Position numbers and translations under genes: made by a program
The notes under the pieces: generated by a model
What the model was told of the DNA's origin: nothing
Databases searched by the model: none
Seen by the model: the letters and a program-made list of their open reading frames with translations, nothing else
DNA from: Angustibacter luteus
GTDB taxonomy: Bacteria > Actinomycetota > Actinomycetes > Actinomycetales > Angustibacteraceae
Direction: 5' to 3'
Assembly (NCBI RefSeq): GCF_039541115.1
Contig: NZ_BAABFP010000008.1
Coordinates: 1-64,000 of the forward strand
Length of the DNA stretch: 64,000 nt
Shown: positions 1 through 8,006 of the stretch, piece after piece
How positions within the stretch are numbered: the stretch's first letter is position 1
How the letters are laid out: every line of letters starts with the position of its first letter

Positions 1-2144
1 GTCAGCGCCGTACCAGCCGGCACCCCGGTGTTCGACGCCCCCGGCTTACCCGCCGGCACGGGCGGCGCTGCGGCGAGGACCGTGACGTGGCGGGTGACGA
101 GCGACGCGATGTTCCCGGCCGAGTCGGTGGCGCGCAGGTCGATGGTGTGCGCACCGACCGCGAGCCCGCTGTAGCTGACCGGCGAGGTGCAGACCGTCCA
201 GCTCCCGCCGTCCAGGCGGCAGGCGAAGGTCGCGGTCTCGTTGGCGGCGAAGGTGTACTGCACCGACGTGCCCTGCTGGGACGAACCCTCCGCGGGACCG
301 GCGCTGACAGTGGTCACCGGCGCGGCCGTGTCGACCTTCCAGGACCGGGTGACCGAGGAGCCGCCGTTGCCGACGACGTCCGTGGCCGTCACGACGAGCG
401 TGTGCGCGCCGTCGGCGAGACCGCTGAAGGACACCGGGGAGGTGCACGCCTTGGCCGCGGCGGCGTCGAGCTTGCAGGACAGCGTGGCCGGCTCGTCCGT
501 GGTGACGTCGAAGGTGGCGCTGCCGGAGGTCACAGTGGCGCCTGCGGCCGGACCGGAGGTCAGGCTGAGCACCGGAGCGGCCGTGTCGACCTTCCAGGAC
601 CGGCTGACCGGGCTGCTCACGTTGCCGACCGCGTCGGCGCCGGTGACGACGAGGGTGTGCGCGCCGTCACCGAGGCCGGTCAGCGAGACCGGCGAGGTGC
701 AGGCCTTGGCAGCGGCGCCGTCCACCGTGCAGGACAGGGCGGCGGGGCCGTCGGTCGCGACGTCGAACGTCGCACCGCTGGAGGCCACGGTCGCGCCGGC
801 GGCCGGACCGGAGGTCAGGCTGAGCACCGGTGCGGTCGTGTCGACCTTCCAGGCCCGGCTGACGGCGGAGCTGACGTTGCCGACGCTGTCGGTCGCGACG
901 ACGGACAGCGTGTGCGCGCCGTCGTTCAGGCCGGTCAGCGAGACCGGCGAGGTGCACGGCGCCGCGGCGCCGCCGTCGACCACGCAGGACAGCGTGGCCG
1001 GTTCGTTGGTGGCGACGGCGAACGTCGCCGCGGCCGAGGCGGTGGTCGAGCCGGCAGCCGGACCCGAGGTCACAGCGGGCACGGGTGCCGTGGTGTCCAG
1101 CACCCAGGTGCGCGCGGCCGAGGCCACGACCTTGCCGTCCGGGGCGACCCCACGCAGCTGGAAGCTGTGCGCGCCGTCAGCGGGCTGCTGCACCGCGGTC
1201 GGGCTGGTGCAGGCGCTCCAGGCAGCGGTGTCCACGCGGCACTGGGCGGTGCCGGCGCCGGCGGCGACGAACTCGAAGGTCTGCGGGACGGTCCTGGTGC
1301 TGACGCCCTCCTGCGGGCCGGCCGTGATCGCGAGCAGCGGAGCGTCCAGCGTGCTGACGGCGGTGCTCCACAGGTTGTCGACGGAGACGACCTGGGCGTT
1401 CTTGGTGGACGAGCCCGAGAGGTAGGCGCTCAGCCCGAGGCCGCCGTTGCCCATGGCCGGGTCGGCGGCGGCGTCGGTGGCGGTCATGGTCCAGGCGGCA
1501 GGCTCGGTCGAGCCCTGCCACACCTTGGCGGCGACCTGGACCGGCGCGGAGCCGGTGACCCCGACGAGCACGTGCAGCTGGGTGCCGGGCGCGTAGGTCA
1601 GGCCGGCAACCCGCGCGGACTTGAAGGTGAGCTCCTTGGCGCCGGTGCCGTGCACCAGCGCGAGGTTCACCGAGCCGTCGGCCAGCAGGCGCAGCTTGGC
1701 GCGGTAGCCGTCGCCGTCGCTGGTGCCGCGGCCGGCCACGGTCAGGTACGTGCCACTGCCGGTCTGGGCGGTGCTCACGGACAGGTCAGCGTGGGTCAGC
1801 ACGTCACGCGACTGACCCGGCAGGAACGCCGAGTAGGTCGCGCCCGGCGTACCCGTCGCGATCCGCCCGGCGCCGCCGGAGACGGAGAAGTTCGGGGACT
1901 GGTAGTTCAGCTCCCAGGCGGCGCCGCTGTCGGCGGCGCCCCAACCCGGGGTGAGGCTGCGGGTGAAGCTGTCCTGCACGGTGCCGGTCGAGCTCGGGTT
2001 GGAACTGTCGGCCGAGGCGGTCGCGGCGGTGAGCACCTGGCCGGCCAGCGCGGCCGGGACGACCAGCGTCGCTGCCACGGCGGCGCCAGCCGCTCTACCA
2101 CAGGCGCGAAGCCTGTGTCGATGGGATGAGGGGTGTCTGGTCAT
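1..2144 (-). CDS. Large secreted protein, partial (runs off the left edge): signal peptide, ~200-aa shared beta domain, five Cys-containing Ig-like repeats
   Basis: Absent from the ORF track because it has no stop in the window. Hand translation from ATG 2144 gives MTRHPSSHRHRLRACGRAAGAAVAATLVVPAALAGQVLTAATASA-DSSNP..., open to base 1. Repeats contain C-x-[LV]D-x5-CTSP and DGAHTL-type motifs. Confidence 0.85.
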   Translation of the reverse strand, partial: MTRHPSSHRHRLRACGRAAGAAVAATLVVPAALAGQVLTAATASADSSNPSSTGTVQDSFTRSLTPGWGAADSGAAWELNYQSPNFSVSGGAGRIATGTPGATYSAFLPGQSRDVLTHADLSVSTAQTGSGTYLTVAGRGTSDGDGYRAKLRLLADGSVNLALVHGTGAKELTFKSARVAGLTYAPGTQLHVLVGVTGSAPVQVAAKVWQGSTEPAAWTMTATDAAADPAMGNGGLGLSAYLSGSSTKNAQVVSVDNLWSTAVSTLDAPLLAITAGPQEGVSTRTVPQTFEFVAAGAGTAQCRVDTAAWSACTSPTAVQQPADGAHSFQLRGVAPDGKVVASAARTWVLDTTAPVPAVTSGPAAGSTTASAAATFAVATNEPATLSCVVDGGAAAPCTSPVSLTGLNDGAHTLSVVATDSVGNVSSAVSRAWKVDTTAPVLSLTSGPAAGATVASSGATFDVATDGPAALSCTVDGAAAKACTSPVSLTGLGDGAHTLVVTGADAVGNVSSPVSRSWKVDTAAPVLSLTSGPAAGATVTSGSATFDVTTDEPATLSCKLDAAAAKACTSPVSFSGLADGAHTLVVTATDVVGNGGSSVTRSWKVDTAAPVTTVSAGPAEGSSQQGTSVQYTFAANETATFACRLDGGSWTVCTSPVSYSGLAVGAHTIDLRATDSAGNIASLVTRHVTVLAAAPPVPAGKPGASNTGVPAGTAL
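73..1350 (-). repeat. Intragenic tandem repeats, 255-bp (85-aa) period, about 5 units
   Basis: GTGTCGACCTTCCAGG recurs at 328, 583 and 838, with a diverged copy at 1093, exactly 255 bp apart. Confidence 0.85.
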
Positions 2145-2285
2145 AAATAACTAGTCGTGCGACACCGCAGGGGTCTTGAGGAGCTCTCACGTGATATCGG
2201 TCACATAGCGTGGCGTGTCGCTACACAAGGTGATACGTATGACGGATCTGACCCGATACGTCCGATTGCGATTCGGTGCGTGACC

Positions 2286-3248
2286 CTAGCGGTGCGACGT
2301 CGCGCGCCGAGCCCAGCGCCCGCGGACGGCAGCGAGGGCAGCGGCCACCCGCATCCGTCGAAGCCCCGCCCTGGCCCGCGCCGGTGAGGAGTACAGCCCC
2401 CGCTCGGCCCAGAAGCCGCAGAGCGCCGCACGGGCCGCGCGGTCCAGCCGCACCAGCGCGGAGCGGTGCACGGCGAAGAACGGGAGGCTGCCCGCGAGCG
2501 AGCGCTCGATCTGCCGGCGCACCCCGGCGGCGTCCGCCGCGCCCGGCCACACCGTGGGGCTGTCCGGCTGCCCGAAGGCGAACACGTCCTCGAGCGCGCG
2601 CCCCGTGGACAGCAGCCAGCCGCTGTAGAGGAAGAACTCGGTGAGCCGGTGGTCGACGAACTCGCGCTCGAATCCTCGCTCGGACCGGCCGGCGACGTCG
2701 TCCAGGAGCGCGCGCACCAGGTCCGGGCGGAGCGGGAACGGCGTCACCGTCGGAGTGAACCGGCCGACGTGCTGCGCCGGGTCCAACCCCAGGTACCGCA
2801 GGGTCTGCTCGAACGACGGAAGGTGCGGGTGGCCGTGCAGGTCGTACGCGCGGGTGCGGTCGTGACCGTCGTCGTCCCGGAAGAACCCCAGGTCGACGTC
2901 GTGCACGAGGTGGTTCTTGGCATCCAGGACGATGCAGAGGCTTCCCGTCAGCTCGGCGGCGGCTCGCAGCTTCAGCACCTGCTGCAGCCGCCAGCCGCTG
3001 GTCCGCAGGCCGTCCAGCACCGCCGGGTCCACCAGCTCCGCCGGACGCCGGAACTGCACCCGGTCCCGCAGGCCGCCGTAGTCGTGCCCGAGCCGGCGCC
3101 GCTGGCGACTGCTCAGCCCGCGCCGGGTGTTGTCGACGACCACGATCCGCCCCACCAGGTCGGGCGACAGGAAGCGGTCGAGCGAGCGCGCCTGCAGCCC
3201 GAGCATCGGCAGCTCGGGTTCATAGCAGACCGTGACGAGGTCGAGCAC
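2286..3248 (-). CDS. DUF6492-like protein, probable GT-A-fold transferase
   Basis: 320 aa. LVTVCY...LQARS...IVVVDN, GWRLQQVLKL and LDAKNH motifs. Directly downstream of the cytidylyltransferase. Confidence 0.6.
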   Translation of the reverse strand: MLDLVTVCYEPELPMLGLQARSLDRFLSPDLVGRIVVVDNTRRGLSSRQRRRLGHDYGGLRDRVQFRRPAELVDPAVLDGLRTSGWRLQQVLKLRAAAELTGSLCIVLDAKNHLVHDVDLGFFRDDDGHDRTRAYDLHGHPHLPSFEQTLRYLGLDPAQHVGRFTPTVTPFPLRPDLVRALLDDVAGRSERGFEREFVDHRLTEFFLYSGWLLSTGRALEDVFAFGQPDSPTVWPGAADAAGVRRQIERSLAGSLPFFAVHRSALVRLDRAARAALCGFWAERGLYSSPARARAGLRRMRVAAALAAVRGRWARRATSHR

Positions 3249-3272
3249 GGGTCCGCGGTCGCGATGCAGCGG

Positions 3273-3695
3273 TCAGGCCGACAGCTCGTCGAGCACCCGA
3301 CGCAGCTGCGTGCTCGAGGTGTGCGCCGTGTACGGCAGGTACACGACCTCGACGCCGACCGACGCGAAGTCCCGCTCCAGCTTGTGACCCTTCGCCGTGC
3401 CGCGCCAGTCGTCACCCTTGAAGATCACGTCGAACCTGAGCTCGCGCCAGGTGTCGAGCTTCTCCGGGACGACCTCGGCGTGGACGTCGTCGACGTACCG
3501 GCAGCTGCGGACGATCTCGAGGCGCTCGACCAGCGGGACCACCGGGGTGCGCCCCTTGGCCAGCATGGACATCTCGTCCGACACCACCCCGGCGACGAGG
3601 TGGTCGCAGAGCTCCCGCGAGGTGCGCAGGATGTTGAGGTGCCCGATGTGGAACAGGTCGTAGATCCCGGGCGCGTACCCGACACGGCGACTCAT
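3273..3695 (-). CDS. Glycerol-3-phosphate cytidylyltransferase-like (TagD family)
   Basis: GYAPGIYDLFHIGHLN (HxGH), KGDDW and YTAHTSST motifs. Start placed at ATG 3695 after GAGGGGAG. Confidence 0.9.
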   Translation of the reverse strand: MSRRVGYAPGIYDLFHIGHLNILRTSRELCDHLVAGVVSDEMSMLAKGRTPVVPLVERLEIVRSCRYVDDVHAEVVPEKLDTWRELRFDVIFKGDDWRGTAKGHKLERDFASVGVEVVYLPYTAHTSSTQLRRVLDELSA

Positions 3696-3777
3696 GGGAC
3701 TCCCCTCCGACGACGAGGTCAATGCTAGGAGGGGCCGGGCGCCCATGCGGCAAGATCGCGAAAGTCGACGGGTGCGC

Positions 3778-3790
3778 TCACCCTGAGTGA
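3778..3790. promoter_or_regulatory. BldD-box-like site TCACCCTGAGTGA in the divergent promoter
   Basis: Perfect match to the Streptomyces BldD consensus TNACNC(A/T)GNGTNA. Intergenic. Confidence 0.6.
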
Positions 3791-3899
3791 CTGGGCTGTT
3801 CGGGGAATCGCCCCTGGCACGCCGAACGGTGTGAAACCATCGAGGTGAGCACCGACGTACCCGTCCCCCGTCCACCACCGAGCCGAGGAGCAGCAGGAC

Positions 3900-5525
3900 A
3901 TGGATCTGCGCGAGTACGTCCTGATCCTGGTCAAGAGCTGGAAGCTCTTCGTGCTCCTGGGTCTGGCGGGCATCGCCCTCGGTATGGCGCAGAACCAGAG
4001 CAGCACGCCGCAGTACAAGGCGTCCAGCACGGTCTTCTTCTCACTCTCCCAGGGCGACTCGGTCAGTGAGCTCGTCCAGGGCTCGACGTACACCCAGAAC
4101 CTCGTCACCTCCTACGCCCAGCTCGCCCGGATGCCCGTGGTGCTGGAGCCGGTGATCGAGGACCTCGGCCTGGACACCACGGCCAAGCGGCTGTCCGGCC
4201 AGGTCGCGGCCGAGGCCCCGCTGGACACGGTCCTGCTCAAGATCACCGTCACCGACTCCTCGCCCAGCCGGGCCGCCGCCGTGGCGAACGGCATCGGCCA
4301 CCAGCTCGCGGTGTCCGTCGGTCAGCTCTCGCCGAAGTCCACCGACAAGGCCGAGGCGGTGAAGGTGACGACGGTCGCCGCCGCGGACGTCCCGCGCTAC
4401 CCGTCCGCGCCGCGCACGAAGGTCAACCTGGCGGCCGGCCTGCTGGCCGGACTGGCGGCCGCCTTTGCGATCGTGGCCGTCCGTCGCCTGCTGGACAACA
4501 AGGTCCGCAGCGAGGACGACGTCCGGCGGGTCACCGACGCCCCCGTCATCGGGTCCATCGGCATGCGCCGCGGTCGGCGGCGCAGCGCGCTGGTGCTCGA
4601 CCCGACCAGCCACGACCCGCAGGTCGAGGCGTTCCGCCGGCTGCGCACCAACCTGCGCTCGCTGGACGTCGACCAGCAGCACCGGGCGCTGGTCATCACC
4701 TCCGCCCTGGCCGGCGAGGGCAAGACCACCGTGGCGCTGAACCTGGCCCGCACGCTCGCCGAGTCCGACCTGCGGGTGCTGCTCGTGGACGCCGACCTGC
4801 GCCGCCCGAGCCTCGCCGACTACCTCGGGCTGGAGGGGACGATCGGGCTGACCACCGCACTCCTGCAGAACGTCCCGCTCGAAGAGCTCATCCAGGGTTG
4901 GGGCCCCATCCACGTGCTCACCGCCGGCGAGACCGCCGTGCGCCCGAGCGAGCTGCTCGGCTCCGACGCCATGGGCCGCCTCGTCCAGCAGATGGCCCAG
5001 CTGTACGACATCGTCCTCCTGGACGGCGCGCCGCTGCTGCCGGTCACGGACTCGGCGAGCCTGGGCAAGCACACCAGCGGCGCCCTGGTCGTCGTCGACG
5101 CCCGGCGCACGCGCCGCCAGCAGTTCGCGCAGGCGGTGGCCGCTCTGGAGATCGCGTCGGTGGACGTGCACGGCGTCGTGATCAACCGGGTGTCCGGGCA
5201 CGCGGACAGCTACGGCTACTACTCCGACACGAACAAGCCGGGCCTGCGCCGGCGCTGGCTGCAGCGGCGCCAGCACCGTCGCCCCCGGACGCCTGCCCGA
5301 CCGGCTGACCCGGGCCACACCCCGCTGACCGGCGGGAACGTCCGCCCGATACCGACGCCGGCGCCGACGCCGACGCCCGCGACCGCACCGACGCCCGCGC
5401 CTGCGCCGGCGCCCGCGCCGGCCAGCGGACCGGCTCCGCTGACCCCGCCCGCCGGCCCGGCGGCCGGTGCGCCCAACCCGCACCGGCCCGCGAGCGGCGA
5501 CCCGCACGCTGCGGGACGGCGCTAG
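3900..5525 (+). CDS. Polysaccharide co-polymerase / tyrosine autokinase (Wzz + CpsD/CapB fusion)
   Basis: MDLREY start, two TM helices, EAFRRLRTNL, Walker A GEGKTT, VDADLRRP, C-terminal YGYY cluster, Pro/Ala-rich tail. Confidence 0.93.
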   Translation: MDLREYVLILVKSWKLFVLLGLAGIALGMAQNQSSTPQYKASSTVFFSLSQGDSVSELVQGSTYTQNLVTSYAQLARMPVVLEPVIEDLGLDTTAKRLSGQVAAEAPLDTVLLKITVTDSSPSRAAAVANGIGHQLAVSVGQLSPKSTDKAEAVKVTTVAAADVPRYPSAPRTKVNLAAGLLAGLAAAFAIVAVRRLLDNKVRSEDDVRRVTDAPVIGSIGMRRGRRRSALVLDPTSHDPQVEAFRRLRTNLRSLDVDQQHRALVITSALAGEGKTTVALNLARTLAESDLRVLLVDADLRRPSLADYLGLEGTIGLTTALLQNVPLEELIQGWGPIHVLTAGETAVRPSELLGSDAMGRLVQQMAQLYDIVLLDGAPLLPVTDSASLGKHTSGALVVVDARRTRRQQFAQAVAALEIASVDVHGVVINRVSGHADSYGYYSDTNKPGLRRRWLQRRQHRRPRTPARPADPGHTPLTGGNVRPIPTPAPTPTPATAPTPAPAPAPAPASGPAPLTPPAGPAAGAPNPHRPASGDPHAAGRR

Positions 5526-5529
5526 CGCG

Positions 5530-6930
5530 GTGCCCGCGACGCAGTCGCAGCTCCGCGAGAAGGCCCTCGGGATCGTCCTCGCCACCGAGGCGACACCCGC
5601 GGTGCGCTCCGCCGCCATCCGGTCCACCGCAGCCGGCCTCGGCGTGCCCACCCGTCAGGTGCGCCAGTGGGTGCGCGAGGCGGAGGACGACCAGGTCGTC
5701 CCGACGTGGGCCAAGATCATCGCCGTGGGGCTGCTGGTGCTGCTGGCCTGGAGCCCGCACCTGAGGAAGGACATCCCGGCACCCCTGCCGATCGAGCTGC
5801 TGCTGCTCCCCCTGTGGTGGCCGGCGACGCGCCGCGCGCCCGCCTTCGCCCCGTTGATGTGGCTGGTCGGGGTGGCGCTGGCCAGCGGGTTCTGGCTCGC
5901 TGTCTGGAACGGCTCGGACCACGCCTACACCCACGGCGGGATGATCGCCACGACCAGCCTGGTCCTGAGCGTCTTCCTCGGCGTCGGCGTCATCCTGTGG
6001 GCGCGGACCGTGCTGGGCCTGCGCTGGACCGGCGTGGCGTTCGCGGTCGGGCTCCTGATGTCGGCCGCGCAGACGGCCAGCTCGGGTCTCGCCGCGACCA
6101 ACCCGTGGAAGTTCGCCTGGTCGCTGCCGGTGACCCTGCTGCTCCTGTCGCTGCTCGCCCCGGTGCGTTCACGGCTGGTCCAGGTCCTGGCCCTGGGCGG
6201 GCTCGCCCTGAGCGGTGTCACCAACGACGCCCGCAGCTTCTTCGGCATGTGCCTGTTCACGGCCGGGCTGGTCATCTGGCAGGGCCTGCCGGCGGGTCAG
6301 CCGGGCCGGCTCCGACGCATCACCCCGGCCGTCCTGCTCGCAGGCCTGCTCGCCCTCGTCTACTGGGGCGGCACGAAGCTGTTGCTCGACGGCGCCCTCG
6401 GCTCGGGCCTGCAGGAACGGTCCCAGGCCCAGGTGCTCAAGAGCGGCTCGCTGCTGGCCGGCGGCCGGCCCGAGTGGACGGCGACCTGGCAGCTCATGCA
6501 CGAACGTCCGCTCGGCTTCGGCCTGGGCTCGGTGCCGACCAGCAGCGACATCGTCGTGGCCAAGACGGGCCTGTCGAAGGTGCTGGAGGACTACGACAGC
6601 GGCTACGTGGACAAGTTCATGTTCGGTGGCGCGTTCAAGCTGCACTCGGTGGCCGCGGACCTGTGGGTCAACCTCGGGGTGCTCGGCCTGCTGCTGGCCC
6701 TGGTGGTCGCGGTGATCCTGCTCGGCTCGCTGGTCCGCGCGCTCGCCGACCGCACCGCGTCCGCGGTCGTCATCTTCACCACGGTCGTGGCGGTCTGGTT
6801 CCTCGCGTTCGGGCCCATCGTGTCCAACCTCGGCGACATCGGCCTGGCCCTGGGGCTGACCCTGCTGGTTCGGGACGCACCGGGGTCGGGCGCACCCGGC
6901 CCCGAGCCCGCCGGCCACGGTCCCGGGTGA
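5530..6930 (+). CDS. Polytopic membrane protein, putative Wzy polymerase / O-antigen-ligase-like, with N-terminal HTH-like extension
   Basis: About 10-12 hydrophobic segments. GGRPEW, PLGFGLG and LHSVAADLWVNLG resemble the Wzy_C loop. GTG 5530 follows the kinase stop. Confidence 0.65.
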   Translation: MPATQSQLREKALGIVLATEATPAVRSAAIRSTAAGLGVPTRQVRQWVREAEDDQVVPTWAKIIAVGLLVLLAWSPHLRKDIPAPLPIELLLLPLWWPATRRAPAFAPLMWLVGVALASGFWLAVWNGSDHAYTHGGMIATTSLVLSVFLGVGVILWARTVLGLRWTGVAFAVGLLMSAAQTASSGLAATNPWKFAWSLPVTLLLLSLLAPVRSRLVQVLALGGLALSGVTNDARSFFGMCLFTAGLVIWQGLPAGQPGRLRRITPAVLLAGLLALVYWGGTKLLLDGALGSGLQERSQAQVLKSGSLLAGGRPEWTATWQLMHERPLGFGLGSVPTSSDIVVAKTGLSKVLEDYDSGYVDKFMFGGAFKLHSVAADLWVNLGVLGLLLALVVAVILLGSLVRALADRTASAVVIFTTVVAVWFLAFGPIVSNLGDIGLALGLTLLVRDAPGSGAPGPEPAGHGPG

Positions 6931-8006
6931 GTCCACGCCACGACGGGCGGGTCGTCGTCCTGCAGTCGTTCGGCCGCCCGCGCCCGACCACGAACCCGTA
7001 CCTGCAGCTGCTGGCCCGCTCCGTGCCGGCCGACCGGGTGCACATGCTCCCGTTCAGCTGGCGGACGGCCCTGGTCGGGCGCTGGGACGTCTTCCACGTG
7101 CACTGGCCGGACGTGCTGATCCGGGGCTCCGGTCGCGTCCGGACCATCGGCCGCCAGCTGGCCGCGCTGGCGTTGCTGCTGCGCATCCGGGTCACCGGCG
7201 CCGGACTGGTCCGCACGGTGCACAACGTGCGCCCGCACGAGGGCGGGAGTCGCCTGGAGCAGCTCGTGCTGGGCCTGTTCGACCGGTGGACCACCGCGCA
7301 GATCGAGCTCGGCCCGGTGCGGGCGCCGCAGGTCCGCGCGCCGGCCACCCTGGTGCCGCACGGCCACTACCAGGACTGGTACCGCGGCGCGGACGTGCCG
7401 GACTCGGTGCCGGGTCGACTGATGTACTTCGGCCTGATCCGGCCGTACAAGGGCGTGCTGCCCCTCGTGGGCGCGTTCCGCGAGCTGGCCGACCCGGCGC
7501 TGAGCCTGCGGGTCGCCGGGCAGGTTCCCTCGCCGCAGCTGCGGGCCGAGCTGGAGCTCGCGCTCTCGAGCACCCCCTCGGCGAGTGGCCTGCTGGAGCA
7601 CGTGGACGACGCGACGCTGGCCGCCGAGGTCGGTCACGCCGAGCTGGTCGTGCTGCCCTACCTCGAGATGGGCAACTCGGGCGCCGCCCTGCTCGCCCTG
7701 TCGCTGGGCCGTCCGGTCCTGGTCCCGGCCAGCGAGTCCACCCGGGCGCTGGCCGCTGAGGTGGGCGAAGCCTGGGTGCTGACCTACGACGGCGAGCTCG
7801 GGCCGGACATCCTGCGCCAGGGGCTCGCGCGGGCGCGCGCCGGCCACGACGCGGGAGCCACCCCGGACCTGGGCGCCCGCGAGTGGGTGGCCGCAGGACG
7901 CCGGCACGCCGACGTGTACGCGGCCGCCCCCCGGCGGGCCCGCCGCCGGGCCCGCTTCAGCGAGCCAGGATCCCCAGCAGGTCGCGGCACATCGCGGTCG
8001 ACGTGA
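6927..8006 (+). CDS. GT-B glycosyltransferase (GumI-like / GT4-related)
   Basis: GTGA overlap with the upstream stop. NPY, FHVHWPD, TVHNVRPHE, FGLIRPYKG and NSGAALLALS motifs. Confidence 0.85.
   Translation: MSPRHDGRVVVLQSFGRPRPTTNPYLQLLARSVPADRVHMLPFSWRTALVGRWDVFHVHWPDVLIRGSGRVRTIGRQLAALALLLRIRVTGAGLVRTVHNVRPHEGGSRLEQLVLGLFDRWTTAQIELGPVRAPQVRAPATLVPHGHYQDWYRGADVPDSVPGRLMYFGLIRPYKGVLPLVGAFRELADPALSLRVAGQVPSPQLRAELELALSSTPSASGLLEHVDDATLAAEVGHAELVVLPYLEMGNSGAALLALSLGRPVLVPASESTRALAAEVGEAWVLTYDGELGPDILRQGLARARAGHDAGATPDLGAREWVAAGRRHADVYAAAPRRARRRARFSEPGSPAGRGTSRST

Noticed and set aside
328..1110. Regularly spaced repeats as a possible CRISPR array
   Set aside because: The 255-bp period is in frame within a protein, the intervening sequences are homologous, and no cas genes are present.
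87..2129. Long + strand ORFs (680 aa, 412 aa) and similar ones at 14250-17945, 18335-21649 and 33166-36081
   Set aside because: Shadow ORFs antisense to recognisable genes. Stop codons are rare in high-GC DNA and the translations show no family motifs.
5545..5692. Intact IS3-family element
   Set aside because: Only an HTH-like segment is present. There is no DDE OrfB, terminal inverted repeats or target duplication.
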